NCBI GenBank assembly: GCA_900128565.1
Contig: LT635918.1
Span: 1 to 58,387 of the forward strand
DNA length: 58,387 nucleotides
Source: Stramenopiles sp. TOSAG23-6
Lineage: Eukaryota
Direction: 5' to 3'
Shown: positions 10,201 through 20,009 of the stretch, in pieces
Layout: the number at the start of each line of letters is the position of its first letter
Position numbering within the stretch: the first letter of the stretch is position 1
Position numbers and translations under genes: made by a program
Notes under the pieces: model-generated
The model's input: only the letters and a program-made list of their open reading frames with translations
What the model was told of the DNA's origin: nothing
Databases searched by the model: none

Positions 10201-13200
10201 CCTTTTCTTTCTCAGAGAAATCCATTGCCATCTTCTTGATTGTACTGGCCATTTTGCGCCGCTCCTCTTCCATTTCTTCTTGTTTCTGAACAAAGTAACT
10301 TCGCATAAAACCGAGAGCATCGGCTTTTGCGTGCCTAATGGCACGAACTTCTGCATTCAATAATTTTCTTTTCCCGGCAGATATTTCCTGTTGTAGAGTC
10401 ATTTCATATTCAATGTTATCAAGCTTTCTTTGTAACTTATCAATCACATTCTTATATGATTTAACTATAGCCTTCGTTTTTAATTGATTGTCTTGATATT
10501 CACTACGACGAAGAAAGAGGAACATTGATTCACTGCTCATTGCACCAAATGTCTGCAATGACAAACCACGTGCATCCGAAGCAGTACCCATCGAATGACA
10601 AAGTAAAAGTATGTGAATAGTGTATTCAGCCTCCTTTTCGGCCAATTTCCTTCGTACAAGCATCTCCGATTTTGTTGCCATAGTTTTCACGAATATTTCC
10701 ATGTTTCTTTCTTGTAGCTTTAAATGCGCAATTCCTAATTCTGCTGCAGCTATTCCTCTTTCATAATTGTTTATTTTTTCGACTTTGTCACATCCTGTAG
10801 GTGGAATTGGAGTATCCTTGGACGACTGCTCATTTTTAACACTTTCAGTTTCTTGGCTAATGCTTTCACCAGCCTTTATTTTCATATGTTGTAATAATGA
10901 TATGCGACCTTTAATTTCATGAAGACGATGGACATGATATGGCTTATTACACTGTTCAGCATTCTCCCATAGCTCATCTGTCTTATTAAATTGAGAGATG
11001 GATATTTGTAAAGCAGATGTCAATGCGACGTATTCCTTCACCTGAGATTCTTGGCGCAGTTGCTCTCCTATTTGAAGTGTTTCTAGGTGTAGTGCCAACT
11101 TACGCCGACGAGTATTTACCAACGATTGATTCACGTAGTTTTCAGTCATAAAAACTTGAATTTCTATTAGTAAACTTCCAACTTCCTGTTGAATCGACAT
11201 AAAGTGAAGTGCATTGTCATTGGTATCTAATTTTGAAAATGCTTTACTGTATTCTTCTTCCAAGGACATTGCTTCTCTTTCCAGTTTTTCGCGCATCGAA
11301 GCCACAACACCCCATGCGTCATCTAGCTGCTTAACTTGCAGCTGAACGGCAGCTGACTGTTGTGCTGAGACTGACCATTGGCGCCCTTCTGCTCGAATAG
11401 CTCTTTTACATGCCTCGGACATTTGTTTTGTGAGATTTATTCTTTGATTTTGGTAAATCTTCTCTGCCGCCTCCCTTTCAGCTCGTATTTCGGCTTCTAT
11501 TCGTCGGCGTTCTTCCATAGTAGCTCTAATCCTCAACGCTTCTTCCCGTTTTGCCTTCTTTTTCTCGAAGTATTTGATTTTTTTATCTAAAATATCAAAG
11601 AAAGTTGTATATGTTTTCAGTGTATTTGCCGGAACATATTGAGGAGGGCGATCTGGGTCATTTGGATCATCTTCGGGGTCTAACATTTCGTCTGGTGTAT
11701 ATTCTGGATTTTCTACTTGCTTTTCTCTATTTACAAGACATTCTTGATCAAGCTGCGGCGCAGTTATAGCCATCTTTTTCTTTATTGCATCCAAGGCTTC
11801 TTTCTCAGGGAAAATTTCTGGACCGAGGTCTTCTTCTTCCTCTTCTTCGCCACCACTACCCACGTCGTATTCAAAAAGACCCGATTCTTCAATGGACGTT
11901 TCAACTAACTGATGTGTCTTTGCATTTAACTCTATACTCCAGGCATTGATTTCCTGTAGGTATTGTACTCGCTCAGTGGAAATATTATTTTCGAGGACAT
12001 TAAATATATCTAAGGTTTTATTGACAAACGTCGACCACTCAACATCATCGGGGGCAATTATATCACCTTGTCCAGCCCTTTTATCTTTGATTTCTTTCTC
12101 TTTCATGGAAATTTCGTTCCGTAGTTTATCTACAAGTTTGTGATCTATACTATGCAAAACAACATTCTGCACACCTTCTGATTTAATATGTACTTCAGGC
12201 TGGGAAAAGTTTTCTTCGAGGATGTCAGTATTACCAAATTTAGGTATACTGTTTTCGATTTCCTTGTTTTCCAAGCGAATGTCATCTATTTCATCAATAC
12301 TGTTTTCGATATTTTTTTCTTTTTCTGAATCATTCGTTTTATCATTATTTTCAATTTGATTATTCTCAAATCGAGACTCATTCTGTTTATTCATGTTAAT
12401 GCCAGTCGTACTATCATTTGATATACTGCTATTGATATCATTTTCAGTATTTTTAGAATTAACGCCTTCTTCTTCGATAACTACTAAACTTTGATTTTCA
12501 ATATTCTCAACGTTTGTAGGCTTATCATCGCCAGTTTTATCCGTAATATCTTCACTCACTTCATTTTCCTCTTCACTATCACTATTTGATTGGTTTGGTG
12601 GTGGTTTCATCGCTATTCGGAGATCTCGCTCAAGAATACCTAATTCCATTTCAAGGACAGAAATTGGCTTGGTTGAGACAGCTTTACGCTTTATGATTTT
12701 TCTTGAAGCTTCCAGTAGGTTTTTAGCTTCTTGCATATACTGAGCTATTTGTGTTTTTTTTTCCAGATTTGCCTTTACAAGTTGGGATGCAAATGAATTA
12801 TCAGGAACCGAATGCGTAAATCCAAGTTCTTCTGCAGTCAACTGGCGTGGGCCCTGTCGGATAATAATCGGTTCATCATTTGCCTCCTCTTCGGAACTAT
12901 CATATTCGTCTACATCAATATCTATTAGTATACCAGCTTCGGCTTCACTTAAATTTTCTTCTTCACTTGTTCCAGATTCATTTTCATCAATTTTTGCATC
13001 ATCTTTTTTTATAAGTCTAACACAAGATGCGCGCATCGCATTCTCGGTTTCTCCATCATCATACTCTACATCAACTTTATAGTCTTCTGGATAATAATTT
13101 TTCACAACACCAGGGTACCATTCATCGCCTTCACCACCATACAGTGCTTCAATACGCTGGCCATTCTTTAGCTGTTTCATCGGTTTTAACATATTACGCA

Positions 13201-14353
13201 GCACGCCCATTTCAGAATCCCCATCATTGTACTCAATGTTGTATGTATTTGTTTCCGAAAATACCGCCGTAATAGTTGCCGGGTAGAATTCACCTTCTCC
13301 GCCATAATTTGCGTCAACAGCTTGTCCCAATTTCATTGGCTCCTCGGATATGAGATATTGTTCATGCTCTCGTTCTCGTCTTTGGGCCATTCGTATAGCT
13401 TGTTTAAATTTAATGAGCTTTTTGATTCCAAGCCAACCACGAGCCATTCTTTGTATTATTTGTGCCGCGCTATTCTCTCGAATTGATCGACCTTTTCCTC
13501 GGGGAGCAAATCTTACTAGATAAGGGGGGAGTTTATTCACTGCTTCGGGTCCAAATTCAGCCAGGAATAGCGCCACAAGAACGTGATTACTTCGGGTATA
13601 CCGAGACAAAGAAAGTTGTTGTTCTCGTCTGATACGCCGAACTTCTGACTTGCACCGTAATACTTCCATATCCTTTGCATTGACTGCAACTGCCATGTTC
13701 TTGCCTGCTTGTGCAACTTTCTCTAAAGCATCATTGCGTTCTTTCGTTAGATCTCGAATTACCTGATGGCTTTTTGCATACGTGTTACGCATTTCTTGCA
13801 TCTCAGCTTGCAAAGAAGCAATCTTTTCAGTATGCATCGCCTTGAAATCATCTATTTTTTTCTGCATATTAAGTATTTCAGTTTCTTTCTGAGTATATTG
13901 TTTATGGCAATTGCGGTAGTGGTGATCTTTGAACTGTACCGTTTCTTCGAGAAACATATTTAATAACTCGTACTTTTCTTCCATTCCGGTAATTCGACGG
14001 GTATTGTCAAGCATCATGTTATCTAGCGCTAAACGACAAGCGTCTCTACCTTTAATAGCTTCCATTTGCTTTTTCTGTGCATCCTGTGCTTTCCCCTCTA
14101 ATCGTCGCTGTTCTTTTTGATATTCTTTTCTGGTATATGTCTCCTTAGTGGTGCTTTTTCTTGAAACAGGATTCTTGGACTTTGTTGAAGCTGTTCTCCC
14201 ACCGCGAAGACGCTGCACTTTTTTTACAGCTGGAGCTTCAGAATATGCCCCGGATTGTGCCCAATCACTAGGTGGTTCCCACGACTGTTCACCAGTACTA
14301 TTATTGTAATAATAAAGTTGACCCTGCTCATCGTAAGCCTCCACCCAATCCAT
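7229..14353 (-). CDS. Large WW / IQ / tandem Tudor / coiled-coil / armadillo-repeat / Zn-ribbon protein
   Basis: WVEAYDEQGQLYYYNNSTGEQSWEPP (WW); IIQRMARGWLG (IQ); two FYPATI..YNIEYNDGDSE-type Tudor units; many ARM repeats (AALVN, WALSN, WAIGN, WALRN); CTSCGFRN..CRKCG. Confidence 0.85.
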   Translation of the reverse strand: MDWVEAYDEQGQLYYYNNSTGEQSWEPPSDWAQSGAYSEAPAVKKVQRLRGGRTASTKSKNPVSRKSTTKETYTRKEYQKEQRRLEGKAQDAQKKQMEAIKGRDACRLALDNMMLDNTRRITGMEEKYELLNMFLEETVQFKDHHYRNCHKQYTQKETEILNMQKKIDDFKAMHTEKIASLQAEMQEMRNTYAKSHQVIRDLTKERNDALEKVAQAGKNMAVAVNAKDMEVLRCKSEVRRIRREQQLSLSRYTRSNHVLVALFLAEFGPEAVNKLPPYLVRFAPRGKGRSIRENSAAQIIQRMARGWLGIKKLIKFKQAIRMAQRREREHEQYLISEEPMKLGQAVDANYGGEGEFYPATITAVFSETNTYNIEYNDGDSEMGVLRNMLKPMKQLKNGQRIEALYGGEGDEWYPGVVKNYYPEDYKVDVEYDDGETENAMRASCVRLIKKDDAKIDENESGTSEEENLSEAEAGILIDIDVDEYDSSEEEANDEPIIIRQGPRQLTAEELGFTHSVPDNSFASQLVKANLEKKTQIAQYMQEAKNLLEASRKIIKRKAVSTKPISVLEMELGILERDLRIAMKPPPNQSNSDSEEENEVSEDITDKTGDDKPTNVENIENQSLVVIEEEGVNSKNTENDINSSISNDSTTGINMNKQNESRFENNQIENNDKTNDSEKEKNIENSIDEIDDIRLENKEIENSIPKFGNTDILEENFSQPEVHIKSEGVQNVVLHSIDHKLVDKLRNEISMKEKEIKDKRAGQGDIIAPDDVEWSTFVNKTLDIFNVLENNISTERVQYLQEINAWSIELNAKTHQLVETSIEESGLFEYDVGSGGEEEEEEDLGPEIFPEKEALDAIKKKMAITAPQLDQECLVNREKQVENPEYTPDEMLDPEDDPNDPDRPPQYVPANTLKTYTTFFDILDKKIKYFEKKKAKREEALRIRATMEERRRIEAEIRAEREAAEKIYQNQRINLTKQMSEACKRAIRAEGRQWSVSAQQSAAVQLQVKQLDDAWGVVASMREKLEREAMSLEEEYSKAFSKLDTNDNALHFMSIQQEVGSLLIEIQVFMTENYVNQSLVNTRRRKLALHLETLQIGEQLRQESQVKEYVALTSALQISISQFNKTDELWENAEQCNKPYHVHRLHEIKGRISLLQHMKIKAGESISQETESVKNEQSSKDTPIPPTGCDKVEKINNYERGIAAAELGIAHLKLQERNMEIFVKTMATKSEMLVRRKLAEKEAEYTIHILLLCHSMGTASDARGLSLQTFGAMSSESMFLFLRRSEYQDNQLKTKAIVKSYKNVIDKLQRKLDNIEYEMTLQQEISAGKRKLLNAEVRAIRHAKADALGFMRSYFVQKQEEMEEERRKMASTIKKMAMDFSEKEKGLENRILGLQELAAQRKTWVYAMKEDMRQLRNTYTELSNNTMEKNKKQAQSYIETRQRLNAKSNESQNRRMWITALENKISVLEARVSDMEERAKQSAQEWAGKRDALLRESWRRDETARTIITDVDELFRFFCEAIDRMSGRSPLLNDKLRHNCAIEILLALSKSPRIEIMRMAVRSIGRMMWNGTCDTRVVNHIGREMWISWTNRIANKVEDDLRKDAMEWQDRLADVKEERGLWAAAAQAGRAIGRKTIMARLLSIGNTPEKIEGTDIVNDSNFSNQEHIGSTSGSLQILVDLSKSTDKETQKFACEILAIVSLQAANRHRLLKLDDFLQHMTHLLDIESQEEVQSSVAATLANMAYNNPTNIKKMGKCGAVANLTKILVHSKEIDVLATVTAALVNMLLNNDNNRAIFHEHGGIQTALSLCHGELAISSIEVQSNTAELLANATCLRSQELSKCIHDIGVESLVLLCASQYPSVQLQVGLIMGNLALLDEHRKNLIKAGGVHALLLLVDCHEEHPDVAANALWALSNLAWSADAQDEIGKFTGKIIEVCQCINQSVQENALMLLANIMYYHEGNRRRMLIAGNSEGGGLRILMKLCSSDNPMVLANICRALGTAAHNDANAIFIAKHDGCEMLTALCRHTDSRVQQYAVWAIGNMAVHDGLKKEMIDAGAIEAVVKLNGSNNLEVRKVVSNTLNILADLVQAKELGHAKSQFGTVPGLVDMLRGDDHSMQSFAAEELAKESWAVGRKIQDEVMEFEGINSLIEMLDDYDHQDVILRALWALRNITYDNKGNQDRVGNGGATKKMLVLLRHENNDISEAAIMGLIGMCSNNSDNCRRLLSQGLHELLEMADGGSNNAGLALDLLKMVGPYKYILCTSCGFRNPGGFTCRKCGSKIKYFVLSEKRNNKYLSQSSMGTTGNGRKLVPTTSNVHPEMILPSIDHSKKNSRGSDSQTGDQAFKSRHQNSSRKSLTLPSSKNIQRKMHRRKK

Positions 14354-14701
14354 AATGGATTCCCTGTAACTTAACCGTAGCTGATTTGTCTATTTATGTG
14401 TTTTTGCTACATACGTATAGTGTATGCAATCATAGATACATTCACGATTAGCATCGATTGGATTCAATTTCAAAATATAGATGATTAAACCCTTAATTTG
14501 CTATATATACTGTATTTTAGCCGATGTATTGACTACTTTGGTATGTAAGCGCAATGGCCTACATTTATGTAACTGTTATTGTCGTGAAACGAATTTCAAA
14601 TATGTCCTTCAAAGAAACACGAAATCTTTCAAAAATATTTAGTTTATTTTATTTCACATAACTTTACATGGTGGTTTATATATAGTACTATAGAAAATCT
14701 T

Positions 14702-15904
14702 CTAACTAGTACACGGTTCTTCAAGAGACTCCTGAACATTTTTTTTACGTTCAGTGATAATTCGTTTTTTTCCACCTCTAATACTTCTATTAGGGTTAGG
14801 GTTACTTCCAGCTATAGAATCAATAATAGTACTAGAGGGTATTATTTTGGACATTATGTTATGTAATAAACCAGGTTCGTGCATATCAGAATTTACATTA
14901 TTACAAGAAACGTGATTTAGTTTGAGATGACCATTTTTTGGATCTATAGGCACACTAGTAGTTGTTTGACAACCACTTCTAGCATTAACATTTTTATTAG
15001 GGTTAGGGCTAAACCTTTTCTTTATTTTTTTTTCCCATCGTTCTTTTTGCAATTGCAAGCGTTTCTCTCGCTTGGCTTTAGCAATTTGTTGTTTTTCTTT
15101 TTCTCTATTTCTGGCATCTCGAAGACTTCGTTGTTTTTGAACAGATTCCATTCTATTAATATGTTTAGACGTGGGGCGATGTCGTGAAGGGTTGGCTTTT
15201 ATTAATTTTTCATCATTAGGCCTCGGAGGTTTTGGAGGTAACATTGAAGATGTAAAATGACTTTTTGGAGAGTGTAAATTGTCAGTCAAAGGTATTGGAG
15301 GAGGACAATTTATACCCATCGATTTGCGTTCATTCATACATTCTTTGTAAGTTGAAACTGCATCTTTTCGAATCTTCTGATTTATTTTGGCTTGACGAGC
15401 ACGGGACAACTTATTCATTTGAGAGGACGATCTATTCCGATGTAGCTTTTCGCATTTCAACTCAAACCGCCTATGTTCTAACTGAACTTGTGTTTTGAGC
15501 CCCTGTTTATACCTAGCTCTAACTGACGCCTTTTCATCTTCTATAGCTATTTGTTTGAGCTGTCGAGCTGCTCTTATGTCAGCGAGCTTCTCTTTTCGTT
15601 GGGCATCACGTTCCGCTAGAAGTGCTGCACGCCGAGATCGATCAGCTTCAAGTGCCTCTTTCCGGGCTGGTGACATATTTACCCTGGATAGGCGATCAAC
15701 TGAACCTTTTATAGAGATTTTTGGTTTAGTATTTTTTGTACAACGAAGAGAGTTGAATTCTTTCAAGACTTCATCTTCCAGTACAGCTGGTGAATTTTCA
15801 GCTTCCACGGTAGTACCTGATTTCAATGGTGCTATAACTTCTGCAACTCGGGTGTCTATATTATTTCCAACTTTCAGCTGAGCATTTTCACACGTCGAAT
15901 CCAT
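14702..15904 (-). CDS. Hypothetical basic coiled-coil protein
   Basis: About 400-aa ORF, ATG at 15904, K/R/E-rich helical segments; no recognisable family. Confidence 0.6.
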   Translation of the reverse strand: MDSTCENAQLKVGNNIDTRVAEVIAPLKSGTTVEAENSPAVLEDEVLKEFNSLRCTKNTKPKISIKGSVDRLSRVNMSPARKEALEADRSRRAALLAERDAQRKEKLADIRAARQLKQIAIEDEKASVRARYKQGLKTQVQLEHRRFELKCEKLHRNRSSSQMNKLSRARQAKINQKIRKDAVSTYKECMNERKSMGINCPPPIPLTDNLHSPKSHFTSSMLPPKPPRPNDEKLIKANPSRHRPTSKHINRMESVQKQRSLRDARNREKEKQQIAKAKREKRLQLQKERWEKKIKKRFSPNPNKNVNARSGCQTTTSVPIDPKNGHLKLNHVSCNNVNSDMHEPGLLHNIMSKIIPSSTIIDSIAGSNPNPNRSIRGGKKRIITERKKNVQESLEEPCTS

Positions 15905-16001
15905 CAACTGAGATTATAGACGAAATTACTAACTACTAGTGCGTATATTATATTCCATTCGTACTAGCAGACGAAAAAAAAAAAAACGGTCCGTTGTTAT
16001 C

Positions 16002-16015
16002 TAGGGTTAGGGTTT
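16002..16015 (-). promoter_or_regulatory. Telo-box-like motif (AAACCCTAACCCTA)
   Basis: TAGGGTTAGGGTTT on + strand, about 100 bp upstream of the 15904 start codon. Confidence 0.3.
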
Positions 16016-16081
16016 GAAAAAGGAGTAATACAAATGATACTTCAGACACAATGTCATGAAATGCAGAATAATTTATTTTCC

Positions 16082-19000
16082 TTATACTTCTAATTCATTA
16101 AGTCTCTGAGCAAGTTGACCAAGTTGCATTTGCTGTAAGCTCAACTCTCTTTGTGCTTCTTCTTCGGTAATATTGATTTTATTATTACCTTCACTTCTTT
16201 TGTTCTTTGCCCTCACTTTTATTTGGGCCATTTTTAATTCTCTTCTTAATTTATTTATATCTCCAGTCAAAATTACATTTTCTTTTGTGAGTCGAGAATG
16301 ATCACTCAAATGTATTGTAGCATCTTTATCTAACTTTTTTTTCAAGGATTGGACACTCTTTTCTAAATACTCGCGTTGTCTGTTATATTCCTTTTGTAAA
16401 CCTCCTGATGAGGCACCAGCTTTTGCTGATTCAAATGTTTTTTCTTGTACATATATTCTATACAATGAAGCGACCCGTTTCTTTAATTCTTTTGCATCAA
16501 ACGATAAACCTGATGAATACTGATGAGCATCGTGTAAAGCAATTCTCATCGCCTTTTTAATTGATTCATTATTAAGAATAATACTTTTCTGGGAGTCAGT
16601 TTCTCTTTGCAAGCCACCCAATTTTAGCGTCAATTCGCCAATCATAAGTTTCAAAGCGGCGTTAGATTTATGGTATTGTTTCAACTCTACATTCATTTCT
16701 TTGATTTGCTTCTTCATGTCTGCTATTTCATTCATTCGAGGCTCAATTTGACGACGAAGTTCTTTTACTTTATAATCCAAAACAAATTTAAATTTTTCCA
16801 ATTCTTGGTTTTTCTTATTCAAGTCATATACTCGTTGTTCCTTATCATGGATGGTATCCTCCCGTTCCTTTATTTCTTTTTTGTGTCCTGCTATTGCTTT
16901 TTCCAGACTCTTTATCTGGCTGAATCTTTCAGTTTCTCTGCCTTTGAGTACGTTCATTTCCTCCCGTTGATCATCAATATCCTTACGAAGTGATTGGAAT
17001 TTTTTCTTCATCAAAACATTCTCTCCTTTTAAAAGTAAAGTTGCTTCTCTCTCATCCTTTAATAAAACATCGTACTTTGTTTTCAATGATTGGATTTCTA
17101 ATTGTGCATCCTCCTCCTGTAACCCCTCATTGACAGCAAATTCATTGATCAATATTTCACGATCATTTCGTAACATTTGTCTTAAATTTCGTTCATCTAA
17201 AGTTCGTTTTTCAAAGTCTTCTTTTATTTCACTGACATATTTCTCATGACTTTCCACAAGGAAATTATTTTGCTCATCCCACTCCCTCTCCCTCTTTTCT
17301 TTTTCTTGTTTTAGAGTTTCGTAACGTTCTTTCTCTATACCTATCTTTTGTTTATAGCTCACATCCATTTCAGTCATTCCATCTTGATGTTCTTTGTGTA
17401 GTTTCTGCAAAGAATTTTCATGATCATCTTTTGATTCTGCATCACCGAGGAGTAATGTCTGATACTTTTGTTTTTCGACATCAAGTTCTTCTTGCAGTTT
17501 TCGCGAAACTCCGTCCATCTTTTCACTGTATCTTGAATCGCGAAGGCGCAACTGATATTCATTATATATGTGTAACTGCGAAACTTTCCTATTGAGTTCA
17601 ACAACTGATGAATTAATGTCATCAACAACAGATTTAGCTACCAAGACATCACGAGACAAAGGAGGCAGTACATCTCTCTCTTTCTTTGATAATGGATGAG
17701 TTGCATTTGTTTTTATTATTGCTAAACTGCCATCATTACCAACAGTAAACAATAATGTTTCATCAATCGAAAGCTTCATTATACTCACTGGTGCACCATG
17801 ACAAACTAAACTTTTTGAACCAAGGGACTTACAATTTGGTTTAAATGGAAATGTATAGCTACGTACCACACCAGGTCGTAGTCTATCTGCAGTTCCAACA
17901 TAAACACTTTTTTCTCGATTACATATTTGTAAAGTACGAACATGTTGCTGACCAGATTGTACAACACATGTTTCTCTTACAAGCTCTGGCAACGATTCAA
18001 CAGTTACCTTTATAGGCCAAAGTAATTCGACTAAATTAGTGCTTGGTATTTCAGAATCCTGTAGAACTCCAACAGCAAGAAACCGACGGCCATCACCGGG
18101 AACTTTCCCACCAGTTCGAACCTGCTGTAAATCTGTCCAATTATATTTGTCATTTAAATAATCCGAATCTTTAACACCCGTACGCACTAGCCATTGAATA
18201 ATGGAACCATCTTGACATGCTGTTGTGACCTTTCTATCATCTGGCGACCATAGAATTGCCTGAACTTTATCTTTATGTCCACGAAGTGTGTGTAGCATAG
18301 ATCCATTTTTGGTATTAAATAATTGAATAATGTTACTGTGAGAAGCAGCAAACATGTGTCCTCCATGTGAAAAGCTTATACAGCTACACCCCGCTACATT
18401 AAATTCATGTACTATTTTAATATCATCCATGAGGATAGACATCAAGCAGAGTGTATCATTAAAACCAACTGCAACTTGTAACCCTGAAGGATGAAATGCA
18501 AGACACATAGGAGTATCATCAAACCTTTTCATTACTTCAATAGTGCTGTCTTCATAATTCCAAATTCTAATCTGTCCATCAGAAGAACTCGATGCGAGAA
18601 GAGGCTTACGAAGACAAGTATCGAGTCCTGTAACAGTGCTGTTTCCTTCTGAATCTGGTCCATGAAATGAAGTTAAAGCATACTCAAAACGCATATCTTC
18701 TACGCTCATAATATCAGCATTACTTAGACGAAGAAAGTAGAGTTGATTATGATCTGTCGAACAAATTAATTTCTCTTCTGTTGACGACATTGCCATACTT
18801 TGAATACGTCTCGGATTATCCAGAATTCGGAATATTGTGTTACATTTAAAATATTCATTTTCTTCGTCACTTCTTTCATAGACTCGAAGAAGACCTTCAT
18901 TGCAACCACATAGAAATCCTTTCGAAAAGGGTATGATAGAATCGATGGAGTTGCCGTCGGAGGGTGACGATGGAAGTACGATAGTCCATTCATAATCTTC

Positions 19001-19660
19001 AAAAAGAACAATATTCCCAGAATCCGTACTGGCAACCAATTTATTCTGACCAACAAACGCATGAGCTAAAAAGTTCTGGGGGTCGCGCTTTTTTAAACCA
19101 TTTGCTAAAGGTTTGAAGGAATTGTCAACTATACGGAAAAATTTCAAGACTCCGTTGCCAGAACAACAAATTACAGAGTTGTCCTCAGGTTGGAAACTGA
19201 CGTTATATATAGTTTTAAATGTTTCACTATTTGTGGAAGTTGACATCAAAGGTTTCATTTTATCCCAAACCCAGAGTACCGCAGTCCATTTTGGAGGACC
19301 TCCTTGAGTGAGCAGTTGTTTTCCGTCAGGAGAGAAGCACATACTGACAACAGTTTCAGAGTCAGGCAGACTCAATTCTCGTCGTTTTCGTTTTTTTTCA
19401 ATATCATATATACTGACAGTAGCGAATTCTGTACTTTCTGCGACAGCTAAAAATCGCTTATTTGGCGATAAAGAAAGTGCTGTAATATCTGATGTTTCCT
19501 CTGAACTGCTAAAGATATGTTGAGCCTTTGTTTCCATATTCAATAGTACAACACCGTGTCCACAAGGATATATTATAGTATTTTCATCCACATACAACAC
19601 ACTACCATTTACTCTTGAATTAAAACCATATAAAGAATGTAATTCATGTTGTGCCGACAT
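16082..19660 (-). CDS. CFAP57: Cilia- and flagella-associated protein 57 (WDR65)
   Basis: N-terminal WD40 repeats (VTGLDTCLRKPLLAS, AFHPSGLQVAVGF) plus C-terminal coiled coil with NQELEKFKFVLDYKVKELRRQIEPR. Confidence 0.92.
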   Translation of the reverse strand: MSAQHELHSLYGFNSRVNGSVLYVDENTIIYPCGHGVVLLNMETKAQHIFSSSEETSDITALSLSPNKRFLAVAESTEFATVSIYDIEKKRKRRELSLPDSETVVSMCFSPDGKQLLTQGGPPKWTAVLWVWDKMKPLMSTSTNSETFKTIYNVSFQPEDNSVICCSGNGVLKFFRIVDNSFKPLANGLKKRDPQNFLAHAFVGQNKLVASTDSGNIVLFEDYEWTIVLPSSPSDGNSIDSIIPFSKGFLCGCNEGLLRVYERSDEENEYFKCNTIFRILDNPRRIQSMAMSSTEEKLICSTDHNQLYFLRLSNADIMSVEDMRFEYALTSFHGPDSEGNSTVTGLDTCLRKPLLASSSSDGQIRIWNYEDSTIEVMKRFDDTPMCLAFHPSGLQVAVGFNDTLCLMSILMDDIKIVHEFNVAGCSCISFSHGGHMFAASHSNIIQLFNTKNGSMLHTLRGHKDKVQAILWSPDDRKVTTACQDGSIIQWLVRTGVKDSDYLNDKYNWTDLQQVRTGGKVPGDGRRFLAVGVLQDSEIPSTNLVELLWPIKVTVESLPELVRETCVVQSGQQHVRTLQICNREKSVYVGTADRLRPGVVRSYTFPFKPNCKSLGSKSLVCHGAPVSIMKLSIDETLLFTVGNDGSLAIIKTNATHPLSKKERDVLPPLSRDVLVAKSVVDDINSSVVELNRKVSQLHIYNEYQLRLRDSRYSEKMDGVSRKLQEELDVEKQKYQTLLLGDAESKDDHENSLQKLHKEHQDGMTEMDVSYKQKIGIEKERYETLKQEKEKREREWDEQNNFLVESHEKYVSEIKEDFEKRTLDERNLRQMLRNDREILINEFAVNEGLQEEDAQLEIQSLKTKYDVLLKDEREATLLLKGENVLMKKKFQSLRKDIDDQREEMNVLKGRETERFSQIKSLEKAIAGHKKEIKEREDTIHDKEQRVYDLNKKNQELEKFKFVLDYKVKELRRQIEPRMNEIADMKKQIKEMNVELKQYHKSNAALKLMIGELTLKLGGLQRETDSQKSIILNNESIKKAMRIALHDAHQYSSGLSFDAKELKKRVASLYRIYVQEKTFESAKAGASSGGLQKEYNRQREYLEKSVQSLKKKLDKDATIHLSDHSRLTKENVILTGDINKLRRELKMAQIKVRAKNKRSEGNNKINITEEEAQRELSLQQMQLGQLAQRLNELEV

Positions 19661-20009
19661 TTTTACAAATAACTTGTGGAAATATACACTTCAATATAGA
19701 CAATGTTAGTCAAATATTGGGAATGACGATAATGATATCAGATATTACTTATCTGCGTATAAGGTAATAGTCACCTAATTTCTTATGGACGTTACAAGTC
19801 GTGTAACGTAATCTCAAAAAACACGAATTCTTGTTCCTGCTACTAAATATTGAAAATATTTGAATTTATAAATTTACCTACTTCAAATTATTATAGAGAT
19901 AAAATTTTGTGTAATTAACTGAACACTTTATAAAAAAGAAAATACAATAACTACTTTCTGAATTCTTATATAGAATAGTAGAAAATATAAGCCATATTTT
20001 TGATTCTGA

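Noticed and set aside
14790-15010. TTAGGG tracts as interstitial telomere
   Set aside because: Only two units each, inside a CDS where they encode NPNPN/SPNPN
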